A DNA stretch of 64,000 nt, from positions 15,066,001 to 15,130,000 of the forward strand of contig CM059449.1 of assembly GCA_030390025.1 (NCBI GenBank). Reading direction: 5' to 3'. Of the stretch, positions 1 through 13,400 are shown piece after piece; position 1 is the first letter of the stretch, and every line of letters begins with the position of its first letter. The translations under genes and the position numbers were made by a program. The notes under the pieces are model-generated. The model was not told where the DNA came from. It saw nothing but the letters and a program-made list of their open reading frames with translations, and did not search any database. This stretch comes from Squalus acanthias (taxonomy: Eukaryota).

Positions 1-2477
1 TGGACAGGCCCCCTAGCGAGCAAAGCCAACATGTCAATGGCTCAAGGGGTGGAGTCTGCAATCTGCTCACCTGGTGGGGGCGGGTTGTGGGTGGGAAGAT
101 CCAAGTCCCAATCCTTCCTCCCTCCAGAATAAGGGACGTCTCTCAGTCTGCTGTGTGTGTGTTTGTTGTGCTGTGTGCAATTTCTCTCTGTCTCAATCTT
201 TAACTCTTCAGATTCTCTGGTTTCTAAGCGGGGTTTACTTGTAATGTGATGTTGTCGAGAGATTGTCTGTGTAACTGAGAGAGGGAGCCCTGGGCTCTTG
301 CTGTGCTTTTTTTGCTTTGTTTCTCCACCAATCTCTTTTCTCTCTCTCTTCTCCCAAGGACATATTTTATATTTGCAAAGCTGTAACAAGATGCAGAGAA
401 AGCGAGAGAGCTTTGGGACAAGGAATACCTTGGACAAGATCTTCCTCCGCAGTGGACAATCCGAGGCCTTCACAAGAGGCTGCACCCAATGGGCCCACGT
501 GAGTCTGTGTCTGTTTATAACCCCGGGGGTTTCATTTCCTCTCGGGGACCCTGGGTTTCTGGTGCTTCGGGTTAACTTGTTCCTGTTGGATTGTGCGCCT
601 TGAGTTTTCAACAGGTTTAAAGCCTGGGGTTAAAGTAGCCCCGGCCTTGCAATGTGGCACAAACACGTTAACCCCTGGTGCGGGACAAAGAGGCCCCCAA
701 AGAGGAAATTAAAGTCCTCAACTTGAACCCGTGTTAAAATTACAGAATAATGCTGGTGTTTTGGGCAGTGCGACTAATTTGACGGTTAAATGAGATGTGC
801 GGTGTCCATTTTAATTCAGTTTACTGGGGTTCCGAGCGTGGATTTATTACTGTGTCTATTTCACTCCAGCTTTCTCTGTCTCTCTCCATCTTTCTTTTCT
901 CTCTCTATCTTTCTCTGTTATGTGTCTTGATGTCAAATTTTGTTTTATAACACTCGTGTGAAGCGCCCTGTTTTTTTTTACTACATTAAAGGCACTATAC
1001 AAATATAAGTTGCTGTTGTTGTTGTTATCTCAGCTGNNNNNNNNNNNNNNNNNNNNNNNNNNNNNNNNNNNNNNNNNNNNNNNNNNNNNNNNNNNNNNNN
1101 NNNNNNNNNNNNNNNNNNNNNNNNNNNNNNNNNNNNNNNNNNNNNNNNNNNNNNNNNNNNNNNNNNNNNNNNNNNTTCCTTTTGCAAAGCAACCGAATTT
1201 TTCCCCCTTAACATCTAACAAATGCCGCCCACAGCAATGTGATTTGTCATCATTTTAAATGATAGACAGAAACATTTCAAAGTACATTTCAACCAAGATT
1301 AAAGCGGAGAAAAAGAGAAAGAAAGAGTGAGAGAGAGCGGATGAGTGGAATAAAAAGGTCAGAGACGAGGACCTAGATAGGAACAGAGAAAGTTTCCCAA
1401 AGGAATCAACAGCTTAATCCCTGTTTAAAGAGTGAGTTCTGCACTTTCTGGGGAGTGAGGGGATGTCCGCAGGCTTGGAATACACGCCGGGGGAGGGCGG
1501 GTTACAGCGGGCGAGTGGGGGCGGGGGGACGATAGGGAAGGAGTAGGTCCCATTCCCCACTTGCTCCTTTCAGCCTGTCTGTGAGGTTGGGTGTGAGCTG
1601 TGGGTGGAATCGAGCAGTTTCACTGGGGCCTGTTCTTGGCCCCGCTCCCCTGTGTGGGGCCTGAGGGTGGGTTCAGCGTTTGAGATTTTCAAACTGCAGT
1701 AATGTTTCTCTCTCTATCTCCTTCTGCATCACTCACTCCAGAGTTACACACCTATCTCTCCCTCTCCCTCTGTTGGGGTCTCTCTATCACTGCACAGAGA
1801 GTTACACACCTATCTCTACCTCCTCTGCTGGTGTCTCTCTCTCATGTCCTGGGGCCAATATTTATCCCTCAACCAACGTCACTGAAACCGATCATCTGGT
1901 TATTATCACATTGTTGTTTGTGGGAGCTTGCTGTGCACAATTTGGCTGCCACGTTTGCTGTACAGCGCTCCTGAGGTTGTGAAATTAAAGTCCTCCACGT
2001 GAACCCGTGCAAAGGCTTGTTATTGAATAATACTGGTGTTTTGGGCGATGCGATGATTTTTTCGGTTTAATGAGATGCGTGGTGGCCATTTGAATTCATT
2101 TTACTGAGGTTCTGAATGTGGGTTTATTACTGTGTCTATTTCACTCCATCTTTCTCTGTGTCTCTCTCCATCTTTCTCTGTAATGTGGCTCGATTTCAAA
2201 TTTTGTTTTATAATGCTCCTGTTAAGCGCCCTGGGAGGTTTTACTACATTAAAGGCACTATACAAATACAGGTTGCTGTTGTTGTTGTCTCTCTCAGCTT
2301 CCCCTGTCTCTCTCCAGCTTTCCCTGTCTCCCTCCAGATTTCTCCGTCCCCTCTCTGGAACTTTAACGTCTAAAAAATGCACACACGGTAATGTGATTGT
2401 CGTCATTTTATATGGTAGACAGAAACATTTCAGAGTACATTTCATTCAAGATTAAAGCTGAGATAGAGAGAAAGAAA

Positions 2478-2525
<48 letters not shown>

Positions 2526-2785
2526 AGATGAGTGTAAGAAAGAGAAAGAGGGACAGAGATGGGGATCTAGATAGGAACAGAGAGAGGGCGGGGGGAGAGC
2601 CTGAAAGAGAGGNNNNNNNNNNNNNNNNNNNNNNNNNNNNNNNNNNNNNNNNNNNNNNNNNNNNNNNNNNNNNNNNNNNNNNNNNNNNNNNNNNNNNNNN
2701 NNNNNNNNNNNNNNNNNNNNNNNNNNNNNNNNNNNNNNNNNNNNNNNNNNNNNNNNNNNNNNNNNNNNNNNNNNNNNNNNNNNNN

Positions 2786-3395
2786 GTGAAGTGCCCTGGG
2801 AGTTTTAACTTTGTTAAAGGCACTATATAAATACAAGTTGCTGTCTCTCTCCATCTTTCTCTGTCTCCTTCTATAAACTTTTAACATGTAAAACATGCCA
2901 CACACAGCAATGTGGTTTGTCTTTATTTTAAATGTTAGACAGAGACATTTCAATCAAGATTAAAGCTGAGATAGAAAGAAAGAAATAGAGAGAGGGAGAG
3001 CAGATGAGTAAAAGAAAGAAAAGAGTGACAAAGATGGGGACCAAAATAGAAACAGAGAGTGGGGGGGAGAGAGAGAGAGAGAGAGAGATATTTTGTTTTA
3101 TAACACTCCTGTGAAGTGCCCTGGGAGTTTTAACTTTGTTAAAGGCACTATATAAATACAAGTTGCTGTCTCTCTCCATCTTTCTCTGTCTCCTTCTATA
3201 AACTTTTAACATGTAAAACATGCCACACACAGCAATGTGGTTTGTCTTTATTTTAAATGTTAGACAGAGACATTTCAATCAAGATTAAAGCTGAGATAGA
3301 AAGAAAGAAATAGAGAGAGGGAGAGCAGATGAGTAAAAGAAAGAAAAGAGTGACAAAGATGGGGACCAAAATAGAAACAGAGAGGGGGGGGGAGA
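2786..3395. repeat. Near-identical tandem duplication, period about 325 nt, next to a gap
   Basis: 2786-3110 repeats at 3111-3395; identical ORF starts 325 nt apart. Confidence 0.8.
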
Positions 3396-5574
3396 GAGAA
3401 CAAGAAGGGTAGAGATGTGGAGAGAGAGATAGGGACAGAGAGAGAGCGGGTTGCCGATGGAGGTGACTGTTAACTGCCAGAAGTGGAAGATGCACTGTTA
3501 CATTTAATGTACGCACAGCACCAATCCTGGGCCGAGCAGGTACGGGGCACTGAGAGGGAGAGGGGCGGGGATCACCAGTGTTTGTGCGTTTACAATGAGG
3601 CAGAAACAGATGGGCAGACAGGCAGAGAGAAAGAAACGGAGAGGCAGAAAGATGCAGCTGGAATAATGGAGAGAGAGAGAGAGGCAGAAGGAGAGACACA
3701 AAGGGGGAGAGACAGAGAGAAGCAGAAGGAGAGACAGAGAAACAGCGGGAGAGAGAAACAGTGGGAGAGACAAAGGGAGAGAGACACACAGAGAAACAGA
3801 GGGAGCGAGAGAGAGACAACAACAACAACCATGTATATAGCGCCTTTAAAGTGGTAAAACCTCCCATGGGACTTCACAGGAGCATTAACAAACAAAATTT
3901 GACACCGAGTCACAAAAGGAGATATTAGGACAGATGACCAAAAGCTTGGTCAGAGGTAGGTTTCAAGCAGCGTCTTAAAGACAGAAGGAGTTGACTGGGT
4001 CAAACACACAGGGAGAGACACAGGCTTTGGGGGTCTTCAGTGTGTAGTCACTGCCCCGCTCCCAGCCTCTGCAGAAAAGCCCCGCTGTAACACCCTTCCA
4101 GAATGTAGGGTTTAAAACTAAATCCTGGGACGCCGAGTTTAAAAAGTGTCCCAAAGGAATCAGCAGCTTAATCCCAGTTCGTGGGAGCTTGCTCTGCACA
4201 AATTGGCTGCCGCTTTCCTTAAATTACAGCAGTGACTACATTACTACAGTGAGTTCATTGGCTGTAAAGCGCTCATGAGGTTGTGAAATGAAAGTCCTCA
4301 ACATGACCCGTCTAAAGGCTTTTAATAATTTCGGAATAAAGCTGGTGTTTTGGACAATTCGATGATTGTGACTGTTAAGTGAGATATGCGGTTGACATTT
4401 TAACGAGGTTCTAAGTGTAACATTGTTTCTGTGTCTCTCTGCACCTCTTTCTGTATCTCTCTCTGATCCAACATTGCCTGGTTTAAACTAACGTGCAAAG
4501 ATAATATTGTCTCCATCTCTTGTTTCAGTTTCTCAGTCCCTCTCACTGATTCTGTATATTCTGTATATGAGATGTATCTGTTTCTCTCACCCTCTCTGCA
4601 TCCTCGCTCTTTCACATTGTTCTCTCCCTCTGTTTAACAGAGGGGGCGAAGAGATTAACAGGGAGAGAGAGAAATAGAGGGACAGGCACAGTGAAAATGC
4701 AGACTCTTTGCCCAGTCCTGTGTGGGGAGTTTGTGCGAGTGTTTCAGTGGCCAGTGTGGGATCAAAAGGTTTAAATTAGCAAAAAAATGTCCTTGGTCAG
4801 AACAGTTCTGCCCTGGGCTATCCAGGGATTAACATATCAATGAACAAGGCAGAATCAGAAATTTCCCCTGGTCAAACGAGTCCAGTCTCTGGATTAACAT
4901 AACAATGGACAGAAACTGGGCGGAGAAAGACATCCCAATATGTCAAAGGCCCAAGGGAGGAGCTCCAGCCTACAGTCTACAAACTGTTGAGCTGGGATGG
5001 GGGAGGGTGGGGGGTGGGTCCCTGTCCCAAAGGGAGGGAGGGTGGGTCCCTGTCCCAAAGGGAGGGTGGGTCCCTGTCTCAAAACCCACCCCCCTTTCTC
5101 CAGGGGAGGTGAACACATCTCAAGACTTGTTCAGCCTGTGTGTGTCCTCCACCCCTCTCGTCATTCTTGTTCCTCTTTACATTCTCTGAGTTGATAACTG
5201 TAAATGCTGTTGCTGATAGATTATCCCTGGACCTGAGCGAGCGAGAATGAAGGAGCCTGGGCTCTTGCTGTGTAGTTTACATTTTAATTCATTGTTTGCT
5301 TTGTTTTAATCAATTTTCATTTCTCTCTCTCCCCCGAGGATAATTTCTATGGAAGCTGCAACTTGACGATGCAGAGAGTGTTTTGGAACGTGGAATCCTT
5401 GGAGAAGAGTTTCCTTCAGAGGGGAGTGACTGAGGCCCCTCAGCACAGGCTGCAGCCAATGTGTCTGTTTAACACCCCGAAATTCATTTCCATCGCTTGC
5501 TCCCCCAATCGCCCAATGTAACTTATACATAATTCTGCACTTCTCTCTCTCTCTGTACCTCTGTAGAAAAGGCG

Positions 5575-5930
5575 CTTAAGATGGCATACAATATACTTTC
5601 TTTATTAGCCGAGCAATAGAACACAGGAGCAGGGAGGTTGTGCTAGAACTGTATCAAACACTAATTAGGCCACAGCTAGAGTACTGTGTACAGTTGTGGT
5701 CACATTACAGGAAAGATGTGATTGCACTAGAGAAGGTACAGAGGAGATTCACAAGGATGTTTATTGGATTGGAGAATTTTAGATAGGAGGAAAGATTGGA
5801 TAGGCTGGGTTTGTTTTCTTTGGAATAGAGGAGTCTGAGGGAGATTAAATAGGCTGGATAGTTTTATAAATCAGCCAGCACAGACACGATGGGCAGAATG
5901 GCCTCCTTCTGGGCCATAAACTTATATGAT
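5575..5930 (+). mobile_element. CR1 3' fragment
   Basis: CR1 RT C-terminal motifs (RPQLEYCVQ) and 3' UTR. Confidence 0.75.
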
Positions 5931-7229
5931 TCCCTCTCTTTGTCCCTATTTCTCCATCTCTATGTCCCTTATAGTCTGGGACCAGTGACAGAGAAACACG
6001 CAGGCCGTACAGTCGGACACACCTGTCCCTGTAGACACATCAGGGGTTAAATTTACACTGGAGTTCTCTGGAATGCCGAATGTAAGCTGTATATTCATCA
6101 CCCTCCCTCTCTAGTCACATCTCTGTATCTGCACATCTTTCTTTATATCTGTATCTCCACGTCGGTCTCTCTCTCCATCTTTCTTTATCTCTTCCTGCAA
6201 CTTTAACCTTTGCATCTCTTCATCTCCCTCTCTAATCTTATCTGTATCTACATCTTTCTTGATATCTCTGCCTCTCCATCACTTTCTCTGTATCTGCATC
6301 ACTCTTTCTGTTTTTCCCTATATCTCCAACTCTCTATTTCTGCAGCTCTCTCCCTAACTCTCTCTTTCTCTTTGCAACTCTCTCCGTCTCTTTCTCCATC
6401 TGCCTATCTCTTTCTATCCTTCTTTCTTTTTTGAATCTCAGTTTCTCTGCCTTCTGGTCTCCGTTCCTCTCAATGGTTCTGGCTCCCTGTCTGTCTCTGT
6501 TATTTCCTATCTAGCTTCCTCTCTCACTCAGTTCTGCCCCTCAGTCCTACTCTCTCTCTGTATCTCTGCTTTCTGCTCCTCAGTCCCTCTCACTGGGCTA
6601 AATGTTGACTTAGCGCCACAGTGTGAACCCGGTGATAATGAACCGGGATCCTGCGTTACATCTCTCCCGAGTTTTATTCCCATCGATGTAAAAAGAGGGA
6701 GAGATGTGAAACGGGCGGCTGGTTCACAATCACCCGGTTTGTTCTACAGCGCCAAGTCAAAACCTACCTCAGTGTTTCTTTCCCTCTCTACATCGCTGCT
6801 CTCTGACTGTCTCTGCCTCTCTCCTGTGGGTAAATGGAGTCGAGGTGCAGATCAGCCACAATCTAATATTGGTGCGACAGGATCGAAGGGGTGAATGGCC
6901 TCTGACATCAACCAATGTTTGTGTGTCTCTTCTCTGTTCAGGGGTAGTGGACACACAGCTCAGGTTTTGATTCCCTGTACACTGATGGTGATGGGGAGGG
7001 GGGAACACATTTCTGCAGTGAGGGATACGTCTGGAGCTGGGATCGCACTGTGCGTAAATGTTGGGAATGCCAGTCAGCCTCTGCATGACTCCATCTCTTG
7101 CTCCATTTCTACCCCTCTGATCTCTAATCCCCCACCCATCCCATCTCAGTCTCTCTCCTCCCGTATCCCCAGGCTTCTCAGTCTCTCTCCAATTAGGTTC
7201 CCGCCACTCATTATACTGCCACTGAGTGA

Positions 7230-8990
7230 GCGGCGACAGCCATTTTGTGCTTGGTGCGGAGGGGTGGGGGGGGGGGCGCGGGGGAGAGGGCTGCCATTTT
7301 GTGCTTGGTGCGGGGGGCGGTGTAGGGGCAGCCATTTTGTGCTTGGTGCGGGCGGAGTATTTTACAGAGTTTGTGTTTGTCTGGACATTAATTAAACCAA
7401 ATTAAAGAGAAGAGGGTCGTGAGTTGAAGCCACACCAGGTAATTGAGTCACACAAGGGGCAAAAGAGAGTTTCAACAGCAGGGGGAGGAAGATTCACAGG
7501 GCTGGGGAGGGGGGATTTTTCAGGGACGGAGATATATGGGGGTATTATGCAGGTAGGCTGTGGAGTTTCAACAATAGGGAGGGAAGGAGTTTCACAGAGG
7601 GAGAGATATACAGGGCGAAGTGTACTGGTAGATGGGGTGAATTATACAGGGGCAGTTATACAGGGGCAGTTATACAGGGAGAGCTATTATATGGGAGTAG
7701 CATACGGGTGGATTATACAGGTGGGGGAAGAGGGGACGAGATTATACTGAGGGGGTGACAAGGGGAATTTTACTGGGGTGGAGGAGATAAGCGGGGTAAT
7801 TATTTGAGGCTATTCTACGGGTGGGTGGAACTCACAGGGGGATTAAACGGAGCATTTCAAAGCGGGGGACATTATACACGGAGATTAAACGGGGAGTTTC
7901 AGTGGGGAATTATAAGGGGGAGCTTCACGAGAGTGTGTATTATACAGGGGTATTATACGGGGGGCGTGTTTAATTGCATGTATTATACCGGGGGGCAGGG
8001 GTGGAAGATTTACAGGGGTATAGTATACAGGGGGGGGGGGGGTTCACAGGGGGCAGCTTCACCAGTCGTATTAGAAGGGGGGCGGGTGGGGGACGAAGGT
8101 TTCACAGTGGTATTGTATACGGGGGGAGCAGTTTCACGGGGGTATTATACAGACCGCAGGATACGGGGGGAGGGAGATATACGGGGGGCTGGGAATTAGA
8201 CAGCGGAGGGGAGAAATTAAAAGGGGCAATAAAAGGGGCAGTTAACAGAGCTGGAGTTAGGAATAAATAGCCGGGGGCGGGGAAATAAACAGCGTTTTGT
8301 GCTTATTGCAGAGGGGCAGACATTTTGTGCTTGGTGGGGGGAGGGGGGGGGGAGGGGAGGGGGCAGCCATTTTCTGCTTGGTGCGGGGTTGAGGGCAGCC
8401 ATTTTCTGCTTGGTGCGGGGGTGCAGCGATTTTGTGGTTGTTGTGGGTGGAGTATTTTACAGAGTTGTGTAAGTGAGTCACACAAGGAGCAAAATAGATT
8501 TTCACCAGCAGGGGGGAGGGCGATTCACAGGGCGGTGGTGGTGGTGGTGGGGTGGGGGGTTATACATGGATGGAGATATATGGGGGTATTATGCAGGGGG
8601 GTTGTGGAGTTTCACCAAGGGTGGGATGGAATGGGAGAGATATACAGGGAGATGGGGTGAATTATACAGGGCCAGTTATACAGGGGGAGCACGCGGCTGG
8701 AATATATTCAGGGGATAGGGAGGAGATAAGCGAGGAGAATTATACAAGTGGGTGGAATTCAAAGATGGATCAAATGGGGCAGTTCAAAGCGAGGGAAATT
8801 ATAGGTGGAGATTAAACAGGGAGTTTCATGCGGGGAGCTGCACGAAGGGGTGTAGTGTGCAGGGGTATTATACGAGGGGCGGAGGCGGGGGAGTTTAATG
8901 GGGTGTAGTATACCAAGGGGCAGGGAGTGGAAGATTCACAGGGGTATAGTATACAGGGGGGTGTCACAGGGGTATCGTATACAGGGCAGT
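7230..8990. repeat. G-rich duplicated minisatellite-like block
   Basis: Two diverged units (about 7230-8290 and 8290-8990) with GCCATTTT(G/C)TGCTTGGTGCGG and TATACAGGGG repeats. Confidence 0.7.
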
Positions 8991-9432
8991 TAACGTTTCA
9001 GGTCGATGGCTTTTCGTGAGAACTGGAAAAAGTTGGAGATGGAATAGAGTTTTAAGCAAGTATAGGGGCAGGGAAAGGGGGGAGAGGAGGAAAGAACAAA
9101 TGGGACGGTCTGTGATAGGACGGAAGGCAGGAGAGATTAAGAGACAAAAGGGATGATGTTGCAAGGCAAAAGGAGATGGTAATGGGAAAAGTTAGGAAAC
9201 AAAAGATGACTCTAGATGAAGTTTAAATATCCATGGCAGAATGATCGACCACCCAACCGTTTTCTTGCATTATCTATCACTTTAAGCAAGCGCCACCATA
9301 CTGACTATATTATTGTTTCTGTTTCTAACAGGAGCTAGAGTCGAGCCTATCTGCCATTTCCCCACGCTCAGCGTTGGATTACAAGTAACATTTTCAGTTT
9401 GTGCAGGATCTTTAATGTTACAGCACACGTGC

Positions 9433-9915
9433 AGCAAGTCCCGTTCGCACATCTCCCCTGTGCTCGCTGACCTACATTGGATCCCGCTTAAGCAACGCCT
9501 CGATTTCAAAATTCTCATCCCTATTTTCAAATCCCTCCGTGGCCTCGCCCGTACCTATTGCTGTAATCTCCTTCAGTCCCACAACCCCCCGAGAATGCTG
9601 CGCTCCTCTAATTCTGCCCTCTTGAGCATCCCTGATTATAATCGCTCAACCATTAGTGGCCGTGCCTTCTGTTGCCTGGGCCCTAAGCTTTGGAATTCCC
9701 TGCCTAAACCTCTCTGCCTCGATTACTTCACTTTCCTCCTTTAAGAGGCTCCTCAAACCCACTTCTTGGACCAAGCATTTGGTCACCTGCCGTAATTTCT
9801 CCCTATATGGTTCGGTGTACATTTCTTTTGACTTACAATACTCCTGTGAAGCACCATGGGGCGTTTTACTACGTTGAAGTCGCTACATAAATACAAGTTG
9901 TTGTTGTTGTTGTTG
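9433..9915 (+). mobile_element. L2-type LINE 3' fragment
   Basis: HISPVLADLHWIP...RLDFKIL...GRAF...PKLWNSLP; 3' tail ending ATACAAG(TTG)n. Confidence 0.85.
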
Positions 9916-11481
9916 AAACCTTTAACTTTCATTATAACAGCAGTCTTGTGCTGGTCAGGAGTCTTGATTACTCATCCTGTGACTGTAAAGAAGATCCACT
10001 TCCACTGCCTAAGGGAGAACTATCTGTTGGTAAATTACAATTGTCCAAGTCTCGAGAACAGGTCCTTGGCTGCTTATATGGTAGAAATCAACTGACTTTA
10101 CAAAAGCGACATTCTGATAACGTATTACTTCAACGTGATATTTTGATGCTATTTTAAATGTCTTCTGGGACTGCTTTTGTTTATTTTGCTAATTATTGTG
10201 AAAGGTTTTGCTGTCTTTAATTCAATCGTGCTCGCCATGGGACTAACCTCCATACTTGCTTGCAATGCCTTTAACTGAATGCTGTACACGATCTATTCAA
10301 AATGCATGAATGCTTACGATGCGCCTTTTTATTGGCTCCTTTATGCGAGACTTTCTAATATAATGTGACGTATCTGCACCATGTATGAAAGTGCTCTTAG
10401 AATTTTTTTCCCCGATTAAAGCGAACGCTTTCTTTCTCGTGTTTAATCCAAGTTGGTCATTACTTGCTGGGATTAGTAGAAAACCCATCCTCAGCTTCTT
10501 AGCAACAACTTTCGTGCACGCCAGTGCGTCCTGTAGGGGATTCTAAAACTAGCATCATAGCTTAAAAATTAGAGCCAGACATTTCGGGAGTGAAATTAGG
10601 AAACACTTCTATACACAAAGGGTGGTACAAGTTTGGAACTCTCTTCCACAAACGGCAATTGATGCTAGATCAATTTTTAATTTTAGTACCGGGATTGATA
10701 GATTTCTGTTAACTACAGTTATTAAGGGGTATGAGCCAAAGGTGGGAAAAGCGAGAGTGGTCGGAGAGAGAGAGAGAGAGAGAGAGAGAGCGGGAAAAAA
10801 GTGAGGCTGTGATTGGAGGATCAGCGAGTAACAGGGTAGGCTGTGTGTGAAACTCAACAGCAGGTGACAAGAAGGGGGTGGAGCCTGGAAAAGACCACAG
10901 AGCCCCGGGAAAGACCGGCTTTAGAAGGTTAGAGTGCTGCAAATTCATCAGTCGAGGTTTGGGGGGTGGGGGGGGGAGGGGGAGAGTTGGTTGGGGGTGG
11001 GGGGCGCTCGGGAAAATCCCCCATTATCCACTCGTTTCCGAGCAGAATGAAACTGGTGTAAAGGGGAAAGTGGGACCATAAATACACACGAATACCACCA
11101 ACAGCAATTTCCAGTCCTAAAGTGACCGGAATGTGTCTGATGCCACTGCTTCTGATCTGTGATGTTCACCTACATCTGCACTCAGATTGTGCAGCTAAAG
11201 GTATCCCATTCATTAAGTTATTCACATATACAGATAGGCACATGCACGATGGGCCGAACGCCCTCCTTCTGTACTGTATCATTGAATAGGAGGAACGAAT
11301 GGAATGATGGAGGTGTTGATATCCAGGTGTCCAACTCAGTTCCTGGCAGGCGTTGTGCAGGACTGTTTCAAAGAGAGCAAGTGCAGCCATTTGCACAAAA
11401 ATTTGCAATCCGCTCTCATTTCCTTGGCCCAGGGCTGAAACCAGTCACTGGTTGTGAGGGCCCCGTGAAAAATACTGAACA

Positions 11482-12112
11482 TAATAAGAAATAGCAGCAG
11501 GAGTAGGACATTTGGTCCTTCGAGCCAGCTCCGCCATTCAATAAGATCATGGCTGATCTTCTACCTCATCTCCACTTTCCTGCACTATCCCCATATCCCT
11601 TGATTCCCTTAATATTCAAAAATCTATCGATGTCTGTCTTGAATATACTCAACGACTGAGCCTACACGGCCCTCTGGGGTAGAGAATGTCAAAGATTCAA
11701 CACCCTCTGAGTGAAGAAATTTCTCCTCATCTCAGTCCTAAATGGCCCACCCCTTATTCTGAGACTGTGATCCCTGGTTCTAGAACCCCCAGCTAGGGGA
11801 AACATCCTCCCTACTTCTACACTGTCAATTCCTGTAAGAATGTTGAATGTCTCAATGAGATCTCCTCTCATTCTTCTCAACTCTGGAGAAGATAGGCCTA
11901 GTCTACTCAACCTGTCCTGATAGGACAATCTCCACAACCCAGGAACCAGTCTGGTGAACCTTGGTTACACTCCTTCTATGGCAAGTATATCCTTCCTTAG
12001 GTAAGGAGACCAAGCCGAACACAATACTCTAGGTGTGGTCTCACCAGGGCCCTATAAAATTGCAGGTAGGCATCTTTACTCTTATACTCAAATCCTCTTG
12101 TAATAAAGGTCA
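11482..12112 (-). mobile_element. CR1 3' fragment (paralogue 40293-40922, plus)
   Basis: RRMRGDLIE...RNFFTQRV. Confidence 0.85.
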
Positions 12113-12807
12113 ACAGTAAATTCCCAGTTCCTAACGGATGTGGTTCCACAGCACAAATCTTCACCATTGATTGTCACATAAGTGGAAATTTCAACCAATC
12201 GGTAAAGCCCTTAGTTCTGGGGCAGAAGTTTGCGGCTGAAGCCCCACTCCAGGAGTTGAGCACATAAAGTAGGCGAATGTCCAGTGCAACACTGAGGGTG
12301 CCTGGGAGTTAAGACTGGGAGGAGCAAAAGGGAACGTTTGGCTGGGAACTTTGCACTGCAGTAACGGAAGGCGCTGGATTCCCCTTTCATCAAAATCAAT
12401 GGAAGGATATTCCAGCGTTGGAACCTTCCCATGAGATTTTCCTCCGTGCTGTGCCCCGGCGATGCTGAACCTCGATACAGTGAAGACAAAAAAATCTACC
12501 CGCATCAGTCGGAAAGTAGTTAGGTGTGCCGAGCTTTGAGACGTCCTGCCAAGTAAACATTTCTCGGGGATGTGTTTCTGCCGGTCTCCTGCCGTGACAT
12601 CGCCGGAACTTCGGCAGAACCCCCGGTTTAGCTGTTACGCGCTTCTGCTGAGTACCGCCGATCTTCCGTTAACGTTACCATAGGAGAGCGGGAGAACCCC
12701 GCATACGTTATCCCCCTGCCTTGAGTTTAACATAAAACATTCCTTTTAATAAAAGGTACAACGGAAAATCAGCAGAGCAACCAGACATGGGTCAACTGAG
12801 AAGAACT

Positions 12808-12813
12808 TTTATT
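12808..12813 (-). promoter_or_regulatory. Candidate polyadenylation signal of gene A
   Basis: AATAAA on the minus strand about 480 nt after the stop; the same signal is present in B near 39608. Confidence 0.35.
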
Positions 12814-13295
12814 ACGAAAATATCAAATACTATATAGGATTATGATGAAATATAAGGAGTTATGTGATGAAACTAGGCCGAGTGAATAGTAACGAGTATG
12901 AACGCTCAACATGTTGGCTTTGATTTTAGCAGCGGCATGAACCAGTTTATTTTCTAGGATAGCATAGGAGACTTATACATGTCATACAAATGTGATAAAT
13001 GTTCACAACTAACACTAAAGAGTCGAATGTTAAAGCATTGGAGATTCCAAGCCCTTGTTGCTGAATTATGTGTGGATAAACCTCACTCACTAAGTTAGAG
13101 GACAAAACATTCGCCTGGAAATTCCAATGGAGGGTTCTCCGATCATCCGCCGTTGAAGATCCCACAGAACCCCCGAGCTTCCGCCCAAGTTACGGCGGGA
13201 GATCGGGACAACTCTGCGGAAATTCCACCAGTTGTCCATCGCGGGTGGGGGCAGGTGCGTCTCATCATTGGGGTGAAATGTGTCGGCTCCTCTTA

Positions 13296-13400
13296 CTACA
13301 CCGAAGCGTACAGCACCGCTTCTCGCTTCACACGGCGCTCAGTTTGATTGCTGTCCTGAACATTCACCGTGGCGTATTGTAACTTGTCATCTCCCTCTCT
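13296..13400 (-). CDS. Gene A terminal exon with two ITIMs (REGDDKLQYATVNVQDSNQTERRVKREAVLYASV*)
   Basis: Acceptor ttcatctcaatAG; LxYxxV and VxYxxV motifs; TAG TAA stops; both motifs retained in the B copy. Confidence 0.8.
   Translation of the reverse strand, partial: REGDDKLQYATVNVQDSNQTERRVKREAVLYASV

Noticed and set aside
2786-3395. Tandem 325-nt duplication as a biological novelty
   Set aside because: Nearly identical and adjacent to a gap, so it may be an assembly overlap artefact.
2101-3913. Ser/Leu- or Glu/Arg-rich ORFs
   Set aside because: Translations of GA/CT microsatellites and repeat tails.
7230-8460. CRISPR-like repeat/spacer array
   Set aside because: Vertebrate context, low-complexity G spacers of irregular length, and no cas genes.
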